64,000 nucleotides of DNA from Octopus sinensis (GCF_006345805.1 NC_043025.1:3596001-3660000), one strand, 5' to 3'. Positions 1-15,321 are shown, numbered from the stretch's first letter. A program made the numbers and translations. Notes: generated by a model not told the origin, from the letters alone.

Positions 1-1381
1 ATCCATACCTGGAGACTTCCCATTATTCAACCTTGAGACAGCTATTGCAACTTCTTCCAACTTTGGTGGTTCCGCGAGTGCTGCCTTCACAGGTAATCTA
101 GGGATGCGATTGAGAACATCCTCACTAACTACAGACTGCTGATTCAAAAGTTCATCAAAGTGTTCTTGCCACCTTCTCAGAATTCCTTGTGAATCACGAA
201 GAAGTCCTTTACCATCCCTGTTTCGAAGTGGTGTCATCAGGGAAGACGTCGGTCCATAAACTTCTCGCAAGAGACCATACAACAGCTTTGTGTTATTGGA
301 ATCTGAAGCCGCCTGTATCTCATCAGCCTTCTTACTCCACCACGTATCCCTCATCTGAGAGAGCCTTTGCCTCACACGTGATTTTACGTCCTTGAGTTCC
401 CTATGCAACACTTCCCTTTCCTGTGGCTTTGCTGACAAATAGCGTGACAAAGTACGTCTTTTATCAGCCAATAAATCTTCTATATGTTCATCATTTTCTT
501 TGAACCAATCTTGATGCTTTCTTTGTATCAATCCCAGAACTTCCTTGCCTATATCATAAACTGACTTTTTAAGGGTCGGCCAATCCTCCCCAATATCTGC
601 AGCATTCATTTCCTCTCGTAAAGTACTCTTCACACTATTATACCTAAGACGATCAACATTCAGTTGTCATCCCTGCAGCTCGGATTTTATGTTTTGTGAC
701 TAATTTCACTTTTGCGCGTACTAGGCGGTGGTTAGTCCAACACTCAGCTCCACGAAGAACACAAACACACTGCACATCCTGTCTGTCACGCACCCTAACT
801 AGGCTGTAATCCAGAATATGCCATTCTTTAGATGCAGGGTGCATCCATGTAGTCTTAAGCTTATTCTTTTGTTGAAACATGGTATTGGTAACACACAGAC
901 TCAGCTCCTCACACATCTGCAGCAAAAGCATGCCATTACTATTACAATTACCCACACCATGCTTTCCAATTACAGTCCATGTGTTAAAATCCCTACCCAC
1001 TCTAGCATTAAAGTCACCTAGTAGGATGACTTTGTCTACCCGAGGTATATTTTTTATAATGCCCTTCAATGCATGGTAGAAAGAAAGTTTTTCGTCATCA
1101 GTATAGCACATAGTTGGAGCATACACACTCACCAAGGTCATATAATTTTCTTTAGCCAAAGGAATTCTCATGGACATAAGACGGTCGTTAATTCCGATTG
1201 GTAATTCTTCCAACTTGTCCACAAGAGTAGTCTTAAAAGCAAATGCCACTCCAGCTGATGTGGTCCCAGAGTCCTTACTGCCATTTATTTTTATACTGTT
1301 TTGGTACATCATTGATTTTTTATGCTTTTTAAGGTTACAGCCAGCCATGCAGTTGAGACTCACAGCACTATCAACAATCAT
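1..1381 (-). mobile_element. Decayed RTE-clade LINE ORF2 (APE endonuclease plus start of RT region), truncated by the window edge
   Basis: ORF 653..1381 carries APE motifs (SAGVAF, LVSVYAPT, ILLGDFNARVG, TWMHP, WHILDY, HRLV). The reverse complement of bases 1-21 reads GKSPGMD, the usual pre-RT motif. Stops and frameshifts lie between. Confidence 0.9.
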
Positions 1382-1394
1382 GAATTAGTTTAAT

Positions 1395-1905
1395 CAATCC
1401 AATGCAGTTATCGTGCAATGCCTGTGCTAGAAGGGTTTTTTTTTAAATGTGAGGAAAGGCTGTGCACTGAGTCAATCCCACTCACTAAGCAACAGCAGCA
1501 ATAATCCGAAAAGAAGAACAAGTCAACATCATCGGTAACCACTGAGCCGCAGGTTTTATGTCGGAGTTATCCCAGTTACCTAAGTTACCTTCTTCTAGAA
1601 GGATGCCCAAACAAAGGCTAGGAGTCCTTCACTCCCAATGGTTTAACCGCGCGATCGGGTATTCAGTCCGATTATTTCTACGTCTCCGCGCATGAAACAG
1701 CCTTAAGACATTTATTGGATGGCCGTTGACTCTCAAGAGTTCCTCCGCCCTTTGACGGGTTTTGTTTTACATCCTCCAGGGTGTCCAATAAACACCCTCC
1801 TCACCAAGCAAGCTTGGTGGGGTTGCCGCTTTAGTCGCAGACGAGCCGACCATGTAATAGGTTGTACTGGGTTACATGTTACCAGTAGCACTCGAAAGTG
1901 ACCTG
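1395..1905 (-). repeat. Probable 5' region of the RTE element; related pieces recur at about 12925-13140 and 15100-15255
   Basis: About 1400-1620 matches 12925-13140 (gtcaatcccactcactaagcaacagcagc...gaaggatgccc). About 1760-1900 matches 15100-15255 (caccaagcaagc.tggtggggttgccg). Confidence 0.55.
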
Positions 1906-1914
1906 GCGTAACAC

Positions 1915-2160
1915 AAACATACATACATACATATATACATGCACACACATATATATACACACACATATATATACATACACACACACATGAATATACATAC
2001 AGACAGACAAACATACACAAACATACATACATACACTCATACATACATACATATATACATACATATATATACACACACATATATATATATACACACACAT
2101 ATATATGTATACATACACACACACACATGGATATATATATACATACACACATACATACAT
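1915..2160. repeat. Degenerate (CATA/CA/TA)n microsatellite
   Basis: Direct reading. Confidence 0.9.
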
Positions 2161-2581
2161 ATCTGCCAGAGGCTTAACATCAATCTAGATTGCCTTTGAA
2201 TGTCGTATCCTGTCCCTTCAGCAACACCTCTTAACCTTGACCAAGTTTGCCTAGATGAGGCTGATGATATCATAAGACTTGAGCAGCATTCCTTGTGAGT
2301 TAACCTGAAATGCATACCCATAGAAGTTGTGCGACTCTATCGCTATGTATCATTAGGGGAAACGATGAGCATATATCAGCAAAAGATTATTCATGGATAT
2401 ATTTGTAGAAGGCTCCATTATGATAGTAACACTGATCATCAAAGCGATCTATGATGGACCAATAGCCGGATTACTACCTCCCACTTTGAAGGTATCCGTT
2501 TGCATTTCGGAAAACATCAACCAAATACCTACAGCACAAAAGCGATAGAGATGCAGGAAAAGTAGTAAAATGTTCTTCTGG

Positions 2582-3117
2582 TGCAGATTTTGTGGGGTTA
2601 ACACCGAACACATCAACCATTCATAAGCAGTTGTCTGAAAATGTTATCACAGTATAATCTACCGATGAGGCATGATGTGGTAGCTAGGACACACTGTGAT
2701 GAAATTCATTGGAAGGGTAACACCGAGGACAAAGAAATAAGAACCCACAGTATGGTAGAAGACATAGCTACTAATAATAAAAAGGAGTACTAGTGGAATA
2801 TAAGTGCAGTAGACCTGATATAACGATTTGGGATAGAGAAGAGAAACTGTGTACAGTTGTGGAAATTGCTGTCAAAAAGAGAACACCTATGCTGAACTAT
2901 TGAGAAATCTGAAGTTATACTAACCAAATTACAAGTTCAGATTTATACCAGTAATTATTGGGGCCCGTGGGATATGTAACAACCCTGCCTAAATACCGAT
3001 CTTGAGAAATTCGGCTTCTCAAAACAAGAAAGGAGAAAGCTAATTCGAAAAATACAGATCCAAACCATCACTGGAACTGTAGAAATCCGTAAAACTTTCC
3101 AGAAGTTTAGCATTTAA
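2582..3117 (+). mobile_element. 3' end of a restriction-like-endonuclease (RLE) non-LTR retrotransposon, degenerate
   Basis: CRFCGVNTEHINH..ISSC zinc knuckle at 2582, RHDVVART motif, RPDITIWDREEKLCTVVEIA (PD..D/E) at 2811, FIPVIIG, and a terminal IQIQTITGTVEIRKTFQKFSI* ending 3117. Confidence 0.75.
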
Positions 3118-4250
3118 ATATATATCAGCATGCCTAGATATGCAACTATATGCACGAGTATACATACAGAGTACAAATCATACAAATCTGCACATATAAA
3201 TACATACAAACAAACAAAAATACCCTGTTGTTAATGTTGTAATTCCAATGAAGGAGCCTTGGACCTAGGTTAGAAACCGGCGCTTTCTCTACAGGCAAAA
3301 CTTCTTGAAATAAAACCAAATAACGTCATACATATATACATTGCCATACTCAGTGCCCCGATCCATCATTCAGTGAGATATCCAAGTGCTAGATTTCTTC
3401 TACTGAATATTTTTAGAGCAGAACAAAAAAGATATTTGATATTTGACAAAACTGCAAACATCAATTTTACAAAATCAATAGCGTTCCTTAACTTTTTTAA
3501 ATTCTATTTATAGCATTTATGTTTCACTTTGTTTAGGGATGAACATTTATTTTATTTAATTCAAAATTAAAAGTATTTTTTTTTTTTTCGGATTTTAAGA
3601 TTTTTCTTCCAAGTTCTTAGTTTTAATATAAGATATAGAAGAGTTTAAAAGGAAACAAGTCTTGATAAATATTACGATGGTGTACTTCATTTCTAATTCT
3701 ACTTTCAAATTATTGGGAATTATAAAGATAACCTAAACACTTTTGATGGCGACGCCCTTGTACGACAAACACGGCAGTGGCACCGCTCATAGAATATATA
3801 GGGAACATTAAACATTATAATGATTTTAGAATGATGGAATGTTTATATAAGCATTCCAATGAAATACGACTAACACAAAGTTTTCTCAGTTACCATTTAT
3901 AAATAGTGATCGAGTGAACACAATCAATGGAGTTAGAGTTGGTGTTCCTTTATAACTTTGAATATTTCTAATAAAATGGGCGGTGAAATGGCAAAGGTGC
4001 TATCATTTCAAACAAAATGCTTTGCAGGATTTCTCTGGGGTCTTTACGTTCTGAGTTGAAATCCTGCCCTTCATACCTCTTCGGTACTTAGGATGAATTA
4101 ACCGACTGTCCACCTCACACAGAAGCAATTCCCGGCATTGTGCCGAAACCAGAAACAACTTTATAACGGTCTCTCTTCGATTTCATTACAATGAATTACT
4201 ACGCTATGTCACATGTGTTTATGTATGCTGCCTCTGTGTCTGTATATATA

Positions 4251-4298
<48 letters not shown>

Positions 4299-4429
4299 TA
4301 CATCCAAACTTAGTTGATTGGAAGAGGGGATGGTTTTGCCTGCAGAAGGGCTTCGAAAATGCAATTGATATAGTTACAGACCAATAACTAAGAATATAAG
4401 GCAGCTTTGCGACATCTCGTCTGTTTTCA

Positions 4430-4545
4430 TTTTTTCTGAGTTCAAATTCCGCCGAGGTCGATTTTGCTTTTCATTATTTCAGGATAACATAAGTTCCACC
4501 AGTTGAGCACTGGGGTCGATGCAATCGACTTACCCTTCCGCCGAC
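4430..4545 (+). mobile_element. SINE fragment
   Basis: gagttcaaattccgccgaggtcga (B-box-like) followed by gagcactggggtcgatgcaatcgacttaccc; resembles a common octopus SINE body recalled from general knowledge. Confidence 0.5.
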
Positions 4546-5299
4546 ATTACTTGCCTTATGACAAAATATGTAAGCAATATACTAATGCATGGTATCATCA
4601 ACAAAAAGACGGATGAAAGAGATGGGCGTTAGTGAAGCTAAAGGGGAGAAGGCGATGGTAGATGAGGTTTGGAGGCCCAGAGCGAACAAAAGTAAGAGAG
4701 GGAGGGTGAGATTGAAGAAGAGAGAAACCTCTAGAAGAAAAGAGAAAAGTCTAGAAGGAATAATGGAAAACAACAATGTAAAAATTAAAACCAAGAACTT
4801 ATAACACGACAGGATCTGACTTTATATATACATATATAAATACATATACACACACAAACTCACACACGCATATACATATATATATACAAACATATACATC
4901 CAGACGTATAAATGCGTGTATGCTTTAATGAATGTGTGTGACGTATATCTCTATATATATATATATATATCTATATCTATATATATATATATGGGGGTGT
5001 CAGTGTGATTGTGTATGCGTGTGTACTTCTATACACGTATATGTTTGCATAGAAATGGACTTAAACATATACATATATTAGTGTGTGTATATATATATAC
5101 ACACGAAAATAACAAAAGACGAAGACAGGTGGTGTACGAAACAAACAGATGTATTAGTATAACGCTCAGGAAATTGGAACAGTCTTTTACGTTTCAGGCA
5201 TATGCTCTTCTACAGAAAGGGACACAAAAAAAAATCAAGAAGAGAAACAAGGAGAGAAAAAATGCGTGTAGTGACTACCGATCTATCATGGCGACTCTC

Positions 5300-5560
<261 letters not shown>

Positions 5561-7440
5561 GAGATTAATAAATCAAATATATGTGTGTGTGTGTATCTAT
5601 AAATGTTAAATCTTAAAAGTAATAAAATTTGATTTACCTTTAAAATCGGCACCACCAGTCAATTCGCTTCCCGATCTTTTTACAACTGATTATGTCTCTT
5701 CAGTGCCCTTATATAAGTGTGTCTAAAACACTAGATGGTATATCATATGCATACCGAATGTTATGCTCAATTGTTATTAATCATTAAGTGGTTTATTTTT
5801 AAAACGACAGTCACAGTATGTCCTGTTGTTGTATGTTATGGGCGATCCTTCTTTAACATCTGCAAAATAAATCCGTTTTTTAATGTCCTCAACATTCCTC
5901 AACCACTCATATTTATTTTGTCATCTTCATTGTGTATATTAACAAAGCATTGTCTGCTCCTTCCTGCAAAAGGAAGTTGGTATGAATAGATTTCCAATGG
6001 ATGCAAATATTGGGTCCCTCGCGAATATGAGACTTGTTGTGTTGCACATTATATCACCCTCATCATCGAATCCACCTTACCTGCACAGATTTATCGGGTA
6101 CCATAAGTCAGGTCCCAAATTGATCGCAGAGCAGCATGGATGTGTTAAAAGGTTTTTCTCAACAACACAACGCACCCACGATTCCTTTATCGTGAGTGCA
6201 ACACCCTTCACCACGGGGCAATCTCCCCTCCACATCAATTATATTACCAAGATCCTATAATAGGCCTGGCAACATACAAGTAGCAATTTTTATCTTCATG
6301 GCACTTCTCTAAAACAAAACCCAGTGATTCCATTGTATATTGGGTTGGTAATAATTTCCCCAGGACATGACCTCCACTCTCTAGTTTCTAAAATGCAGAA
6401 TTGTCCCCGTGTGCCATTGAAAGGTTTCAGACACGCTTCTAATTGATGTTTGTTGTTCACTGATGACATGGCGTTCTATCATGTTGTGACACAAAGTCTG
6501 ACATATAAGATGGCGTTGTATAATGTAGTGATACAAAATACTAAAACCAGGCCAATATTAGACACATATGTCTGTTTTTCCTTTAGAAATAGTGTTGTTG
6601 TTGTTGTCGTTTTTGCTCATTTCTATGAAGAAAGGCGTTCTAACTGTAGCCATCCAATGTTTTATTCCAGCATTATTCACTATGTTATTTGCCATTTAAA
6701 ATAGGGGTTTGTGATTTGAGGGAGATTTGGCAGCTATTTCCAGGTGTTCGATCGAGTGCGCACAAAGCATATTCTCGTCGCTTGTCAATGTTTGCTGATT
6801 GAGTAAAGCAATGGTCAGAGATGTTCCAGTCGTGGTCATCTCGTCGATTTACTTGTACTACTTTGCTTGTTGTGTTCTGTCATTAATTAGTGGATAGTTT
6901 GTGAGATGGTGGAAGCTGGTTATTATTACTTAAATGCTGAGCGACAACGTATATCTTTGTCCCGAATGCTTATGGTGAGATGACAGCGCAAATGCTCAAC
7001 TGATCAGCATTCATTAGATCCGAAATCCACATCAACAAACATTATCGTAATATACTACAACATTATGTGGGTGTTAATGTTTATAGATCTCCCCGCATCA
7101 TTCAGTTTAATACAATGCCGACATTACTATCAAAGACGAACCACACCTGTTAAATGACATCTTGCACTAAATTATTCTGCCATTAGCAGATGAATGAGAG
7201 TGATTTTCACAACAGATTTTCCCCCGAAAAGTGTTTAAAAATAGTACACGAGATATCCCAAGTACAACACCAGCTCTATCTCGTTAGTGGCCAACGACAG
7301 GCAAATCTGTGGCATTGCTGCAGAATTTCTGTCGTTGCTCCTTTTACAATCAGATAAAACATGTACATGGTAACTCTTTCAGTCAGTTAAAATCAAAAGC
7401 TGAGTCCTATGCCGTCATTGCATACGTCGTATTGCAACAT

Positions 7441-7960
<520 letters not shown>

Positions 7961-7964
7961 GATT

Positions 7965-8445
7965 GTTTTTATTATACACATCGGGCAGAGAAGTTCATGT
8001 ATGCATTCCCAGATTGCACACTGCAAATTCACATGTTAAAATATGTATTTAAAAATATTAATAAAATATTAATTCATGAATGGATTATTATTTTCCACAG
8101 CGAATTGCTCTTCTCAGTAATATGAGTCGTTATATTAACCGATTTTTTGCATCTTTCCTATCGGGATGGTAGCCTGGTGTCCATTTTCAAATAGTTTCAG
8201 TACCTTTTATTTATCATCCTAGAGATCCTACAATCGCCTGGTACTGTAGTCACCTTGATATGCCACATTTTATTCAATTTCCTATTAGCAGGTCTTTATA
8301 TTTATTAATCTTGTCAATTCTTTCGCAAGGTAAATACTCATTCAATTAATAACCCACCTTTTTGTTATGATCTTTTAATCGATTATCCGGTTTATTATCT
8401 TTTATAGTTTTGTCGTGGTAATATCGGGAAGTCCCACAGAATCTT
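7965..8445 (-). mobile_element. Corrupted second copy of the 3' end of the Dong-like LINE at 10243-10720
   Basis: Colinear with 10250-10720 (cattcccagattgcacac ... gggaagtcccacagaa) but with many AT-biased substitutions and indels. Confidence 0.85.
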
Positions 8446-8446
8446 A

Positions 8447-8448
<2 letters not shown>

Positions 8449-8480
<32 letters not shown>

Positions 8481-8514
8481 TTATTATTCTTATTATTATT
8501 ATTATTTATTATTA

Positions 8515-8546
<32 letters not shown>

Positions 8547-8554
8547 TTATATTA

Positions 8555-8601
<47 letters not shown>

Positions 8602-8783
8602 TATTATATTTTATTATTATTATTATTATTTATTATTATTATTATTCTTATTATTATATTATTATTATTATTATTATTCTTTATATTATTATTATTATTT
8701 ATTATTTATTATTATTATTATCCTTATTATATTATAATCTTATTATTATTATTATTATATTATTATTCTTCTTATTATTATTA

Positions 8784-8816
<33 letters not shown>

Positions 8817-8817
8817 C

Positions 8818-8853
<36 letters not shown>

Positions 8854-8949
8854 TATTTATTATTATTATTATTCTCTTATTATATTATTATCATTATTTA
8901 TTATTAATTATTATTTATTATTATTCTTATTATTATATTATTTATTATT

Positions 8950-8982
<33 letters not shown>

Positions 8983-9164
8983 TATTATTATTATTATTAT
9001 ATTATTATTATTATTATTATTATCATTATTATTATTATTATTATTATTATTTATTATTATTATTATATTATATTATTATTATTATTATTATTTATTATTA
9101 TATTATTATTATTATTATTATATTATTATTATTATTATTATTATTCTTATTATTATTATTTATT

Positions 9165-9239
<75 letters not shown>

Positions 9240-9289
9240 TTATTATTATTATTATTATATTATTATTATTTATATTATTATTATTATTA

Positions 9290-9373
<84 letters not shown>

Positions 9374-9445
9374 TTATTATTATTATTATTATATTATTAT
9401 TATTATTATTATATATTATTATTTTCATTATTATTATATTATTTA

Positions 9446-9478
<33 letters not shown>

Positions 9479-9567
9479 TATTATTTATTATTATTTATTA
9501 TTTTATTATTATTATATTATTATTATTATTATTATTATATTATTATTATTATTATTATATTATTATC

Positions 9568-9600
<33 letters not shown>

Positions 9601-9794
9601 TATTCTATTATTAATTATTATTATATTATATTATTATTATTATTATTATTATATTTTATATTATTATTTATTATTATTATTATTATATATTATATTATTA
9701 TTATTCTTATTATTATATTCTTATTATTATTATTATATTATTATTATTATCTTATTATTATTATTATTATTATTAGTATTAGTTTATTATTATG

Positions 9795-9831
<37 letters not shown>

Positions 9832-10180
9832 TTATCTTTTATTATTATTATTATTATATTCATTATTATTATTATTATTATTCTTTTATTATTATTATAT
9901 TATATTATTATTCTTTATTATTTTCTTATTATTATTAATATTATTATTATATTATCATTATTATTATTATTTATTATGTATATTATTAGTATTATTATTA
10001 TAAAATTTTTTCCCTCATTTAATTTGTTTTTTTATTATTATTATTATTATATTATTAATTATTATTATTATTATTATTCTTATTATATTATTATTATTAT
10101 TATTATATTATTATTATTATTATTTATTATATTATTATTATTATTAGTATTATATTCTTATTATATCATTATTATTATTA

Positions 10181-10216
<36 letters not shown>

Positions 10217-10243
10217 TATTATTATTATTATTATTATATTATT
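8449..10243. repeat. About 1.8-kb degenerate (ATT)n / (TAA)n tract 2
   Basis: Direct reading; this tract produces the artefactual 399-aa ORF. Confidence 0.95.
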
Positions 10244-11360
10244 CCTTTTCGTACACATAGGGGAGGAAGAAGCTCATTCTATACATTCCCAGATTGCACA
10301 CGCAAATTCACAGGTAAAATATGTATTTAAAAATAATAATAAATAAACGTGCATGAATGGATGGTGTTTGCACAGCGACAATGCTCTTCTCGTCCATGAG
10401 TCGTTCCAGTAACACGATTTTGGGTGTTGCACTTTCCCTGTCGGGATGGTAAGCCTGGTGCATTTTCAAAGGTTTCCTACCTTTTCTTTATCATTCCTAG
10501 AGATCGCTACAATTGCGGGTACTGTAGTCACCTGAGAGATGCCCACATTTTACAAGTTCTATGCAGGTCTTTATATTTACTAATTCTTGGCAAATTCTTT
10601 TCGGCAAGGAATACTCATGTCAATTAATAAACACACCTTTTTTGTCTGATCTTTTATAACGATATCCGGTTTTATTATCTTTTTATAGTTTGTCGGTGTA
10701 TAACGGGGAAGTCCCCACAGAAGCGACTCTTTTTTCCCCTCCCTAAGTTACCAGCATCGGGAGGGTGTTTATACAATTTGTCAGCGATTTTGATTTTTAT
10801 AATGCCGAACATATTGTCCAGTGTAAACACTGGCCGACTCTGTCATGTCTTGCTTTAATTATCTACAGGTGCTAAGACTCTACACTGACTCCCTGAGATT
10901 AGGTGGGCTATTGTTTCGATCTCATCGTTCAGAATCGGCATTTTGGGTCGTCAGCTCCATTTTCACATCACATTGGCTTGGTAGTTCCTGGTTAATAAGC
11001 TTGTTCATGAGCATGCTGAATATGAAAACTTCACTCTCTGCTTTTGGCCCTGAGCTTCGTAACCATTGATGCGTGTGTTTCTGGTCGACATCAACTTGTT
11101 TGCTACGGGCCACTTTACTTGCCATGCAGATTTCTCCTTCCCATCTGCAAGCTAATTTTTATGTGCTTTTATTTTCGCAATTAATTTTATTTTCTTTGCA
11201 GCAGCTGTTGGCCGCATTTTCCTTCACCTGATAAATATAGGACGAAAGCTGCCGTTGTTGATTAGCTCCAAGAGGCCATCGCCTCTAGCTAGCTATTTGA
11301 TACAAGAACCTGTGTCCATTATAACCTTCGAACAGGGGAGGTCAGCCGCTTCCCCTTGCT
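10243..11360 (-). mobile_element. 5'-truncated R4/Dong-like RLE LINE embedded in (TAA)n
   Basis: The minus strand reads, across frameshifts, LHGK..., QWLRSSGPKAESEVFIF, ETIAHLISG (remnant of the CCHC knuckle), RHDRVGQCLHWTIC (10833-10850), KPDIVIKDQTKKVCLLIDMSIP (10655-10672), SKYKDL and KIVLLERL/GT. (TAA)n lies on both flanks. Confidence 0.85.
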
Positions 11361-11384
11361 TTATTATAATATTATACACTTTGA

Positions 11385-11436
11385 ACCCATATTATTATCA
11401 TTATTATTATTATTATTATTATTACTATTATTATTA

Positions 11437-11480
<44 letters not shown>

Positions 11481-11520
11481 GTTATTATCATTATTGTCAT
11501 TGTCGTTGTTGTTGCTGTTG
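11385..11520. repeat. (ATT)n grading into (GTT/TTG)n
   Basis: Direct reading. Confidence 0.9.
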
Positions 11521-11719
11521 TTTGGAGCGCTCCGTAAGTTGGGATTTTGTTGTGGCTTTTTGAAGGTTTTTCACTGTTTTGTTTGTTTTTGTTTTGTGAA
11601 CCCTTTTTGCTGTGCAGAAGGAGTTCTTTTGTTAAAAGTTCTCCCTTTTAGGAGCGAATTTGGACTTTTTGTCTATTAAAAATATTTTTTTTTTTTTGCT
11701 TTTCGTTAAACGAAGAACA

Positions 11720-12650
11720 AGATGGTTTCCTCTGACGAGGGGAGTGACAGCGGCTGTTCTGATGGCCAGCACTGCGAAGATTTCACCCCCTCTGAACAGC
11801 ACAAGTACCAACACCACTAACAGCACCAACACTACCATTAACAGGGGAAAAGAAGAAAAAAGTCAGGAAAGCACCACCAACACCGTCATGAACACTGACA
11901 AAAATGAAAAATCAAACAGGAACAACAACGACAAACCAAGCGGCAACGATTTCGCCTCGGCGGCGAAACCAACCAGGCAAGGAATTCAGTTAACTATCGA
12001 TCACTTAAGAAATGTAAAGGGGCTGTTAAGGAAGGAGGGGCATAATCCCTTACTTAACACTCCACGAAAATTGATTAAAGAAACGCAGAAAAAAACGGTG
12101 ATCTACAGAACATTAAATATTTTTTGAAAAAGGAGTGAAACGAGCGACTCAACAGCCATTGGAAATAGCATTAAAACCAGAATGGAAGCGGAAAACATAT
12201 GTGAGGCGTGGAAGACGCTTCGGCACTGTAGAAGTGAGTTTTGCAACAGAAGAAGAAGCAAAGCAGCATGTCACTGTGACATTTGTAAACTGAAGAATTC
12301 CTGCTCGTGCCGACATTGTTAAGTCGGCAGGTTACAAAGGTAAAAATTAGGGAGGTGGCCCCGAAATGAATATATGCTGACTTGTACCGACTGTCCTCTT
12401 TGATATAGAGGATACCGCCACAATACTGGAGGTGCATAAATTGCACCAACAAAATTGGACGGGCCATTGATTGGAACTCCTCGTTCAAATTGAACAAAGC
12501 AGGCAAGGAATTCAGTTAACTATCGATGACTTAAGAAATGTAAAGGGGCTGTTAAGGAAGGAGGAGAATAATCCCTTCCTTAACACACCACGAAAATTGA
12601 TAAAAGAAACGCAGAAAAAAAACGGTGATCTACAGAACGTTAAATATTGC
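11720..12650 (+). mobile_element. Possible degenerate LINE ORF1 (RRM-like) with an internal 147-bp duplication
   Basis: A T/N/K-rich low-complexity stretch precedes RRGRRFGTVEVSFATEEEAKQH (RNP1-like). 11974-12120 is repeated at 12500-12647. The family assignment is inference. Confidence 0.35.
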
Positions 12651-12679
12651 CTAGAGAACATTAAACATGCCTACAAATA

Positions 12680-13670
12680 TATACACACGCACGGATTTAA
12701 ATACATACATATATAGATATACATACACACATACATACATATATACATGTGTGTATGTATGTATTTGTTTATGTACATATGTATGTATGTGTACGTATGT
12801 AAATGTATGCGTGTATCTATGCATGTGTGTATGTAAGTACAAACATACATACATAACCACAGGCATACGCACATACATGGTTGCTGCCCCCTCGTTATCG
12901 AGTATGGCCATTGCGCAAAAGCTTAATCAATGTTGTTATCGTGCAATGCCTGTGCAAGCAGATTTTTTATTAAGTAAGGAAGGGCTGTGCACTGAGTCAA
13001 TCCCACTCACTAAGCAACAGCAGCCATAATCCGAACAGAAGACCAAGTGAACATCATCGGTAACCACTGAGCCGCAGGTTTTATGTCGGAGTTATCCCAG
13101 TTACCTGAGTTACCTTCTCCTAGAAGGATGCCCTAACAAAGGCACAACAAATACACACACAGACACATATATACACGTACACATGCATATATAAATACAT
13201 GCATACACACATACATACATATACACATGCACACATTATACAGACATACATACATATATACATGAACACATACATATATACATACAAACACACACATACC
13301 CATATATAGGCATATACTTATACACATACATATAACATGCATACATACACTATGCACATACGTAAATACATACATAAACACATACATACACAAATATAAA
13401 AATACGTATAAACATACATACACACATACATAATTCCATACTTAATCACATACGTACAAACACACATACACACGCACATACACACAAATATACACGCATA
13501 CATTCATATATACATACATATACATACATATCCACATTTATATATATGTGTGTGTGGATGTATGTATGCGTTTTTGTATCTTTGTATATATTTAAGTATG
13601 TATGTATGAATATATTTATGTATGTATATATGTATGTGTGTATGTATTTATGCGTACACATGTATGCAGA
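12680..13670. repeat. Degenerate (CATA)n/(TATG)n blocks of alternating orientation
   Basis: Direct reading; interrupted by the RTE-related piece at 12925-13140. Confidence 0.85.
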
Positions 13671-13679
13671 CACACAAAC

Positions 13680-14240
13680 CTGTGAACTTACATAGAAATG
13701 TTCAGATCATTTATCACTGTTGTGGAGATTTTTTCCCACTTTCGGCTAAAAATGTTTTTAAAAAATTCCCCTTATTCTTTGTCTTAATACTTTTCACAGC
13801 TCTACCCAACCATTCTCAAGGATTTTCGATGGGTTCCAGCTCGGGCGACGGCGTTAGTCACTATATCAACCGAAATCTCTAAGGTATAATGTAATTTCTG
13901 ACTTGGTACGAGGTGACATTCGGGTGGTTGTCATGCTGGAAAGTCCAAATGCTTTCGGGCGTATGGAAGCATAGTATTATTCAATATTTCTAGATAGGAC
14001 TTACTACCCATTCGGACTATAGAACTGACGTCTTTTACAGACATTCACCCTTACATCATCACACTTCCGCCAGAGTGCCTAATTGAAGGTTGGATGCATT
14101 TTGGATGGAATTCTTCACCTATACGCCTTCTTAAATACTTCCTGACATCACTACCGAACAAGATGGACTTTGATTCGTCCGACCACAACACATTCGTCCA
14201 ATCTGCTGGACTCCGTTTCAAATGTTCTTTAACGGGCAAA
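13680..14240 (-). mobile_element. Tc1-like transposase remnant (DDE domain)
   Basis: WTNVLWSDESK and IRHSGGSVM (ORF 14051..14239), followed on the minus strand by FQHDN.P and ELEPIEN (SPDLNPIEN-like). Confidence 0.85.
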
Positions 14241-14249
14241 TCGATTTTT

Positions 14250-14714
14250 CAAATACAAACATACACACATACATGCATAGACACTCATACATACATACGT
14301 ACATACATATATAAAAACATATATACATACATACACACATACTCACATACATACATACAGACATAAATACACACATTCAAACATACACATATACAAACAC
14401 ACATTAAATACACACACACATACATACATGTGTGTATGTATGTACATGTGAATGTACTTATGTATGCATGTATGTGTATAAATATATATCTATGCGTGTA
14501 CCTATATAGATATCTGTGTACATATATGTATATATATGTGTATATATATCTATGTGTGTATGTATGTTTTTATGTACATGTATATGTACGTATGTACCTA
14601 TGTATGTATGTATGTGCATAAATTCATACATACATACATTCTTACATCCATAAATACATTCATACATACATTCACATATACATGGAATTATGCATACATA
14701 CATACATACATACA

Positions 14715-14748
<34 letters not shown>

Positions 14749-14760
14749 CATGCATACATG
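14250..14760. repeat. Degenerate CATA-TATG-CATA microsatellite blocks
   Basis: Direct reading. Confidence 0.85.
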
Positions 14761-15321
14761 GTGGTTGTCTACTCCTTATACAGAGATTGACAACCTTCTT
14801 ACCGACACCTTAGCATCATTATGGTGTCTGATGTAGCTTTTTAAAAGAAAGAATATTCTGAAAAGACACCCATATAGATTCCTCCTCCAATTTGGGCCAC
14901 CAAGACCTGCAGAAAAATTCTGCTGTTTCTAGGTCTTAAAATGTCGCTTGAGGCCTCCGTTGGATTTGCAAACTTCATACGTTCGTCAGGGGATCATTCG
15001 ATACCTTGACCCCAATATTTGTTTTGTCTCTCCTTGCATCATCACCCCATTTTCTTTACCTTATATGGTTAATAAAGAAATTGACAGTTCAGGAGTACAT
15101 GCGCCGTTTCATGAGTCTTATTTTTCATCCAGCAGAGTGTCCAACAACACCCTCGTCACCAAGCAAGCCTGGTGGGGTTGCCGGTTTAGTCGCCGACGAC
15201 CCGATCATGAAACAGGTTGTACTGGGTTACATGTTCCCAGTAGCACTCAAGAGCGACATACATACATACATACATACATACATACATACAGACAGACAGA
15301 CAGACAGATATGATGGCCGTC

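Noticed and set aside
5760-6330. Strong-looking minus-strand splice sites (ttttgcag, ttttgttttag, cag|gtaagg)
   Set aside because: I could not build a consistent open exon chain or recognise a domain; left uncalled pending RNA-seq.
8415-9614. 399-aa I/L/Y ORF resembling a membrane protein
   Set aside because: It is a translation of (ATT)n.
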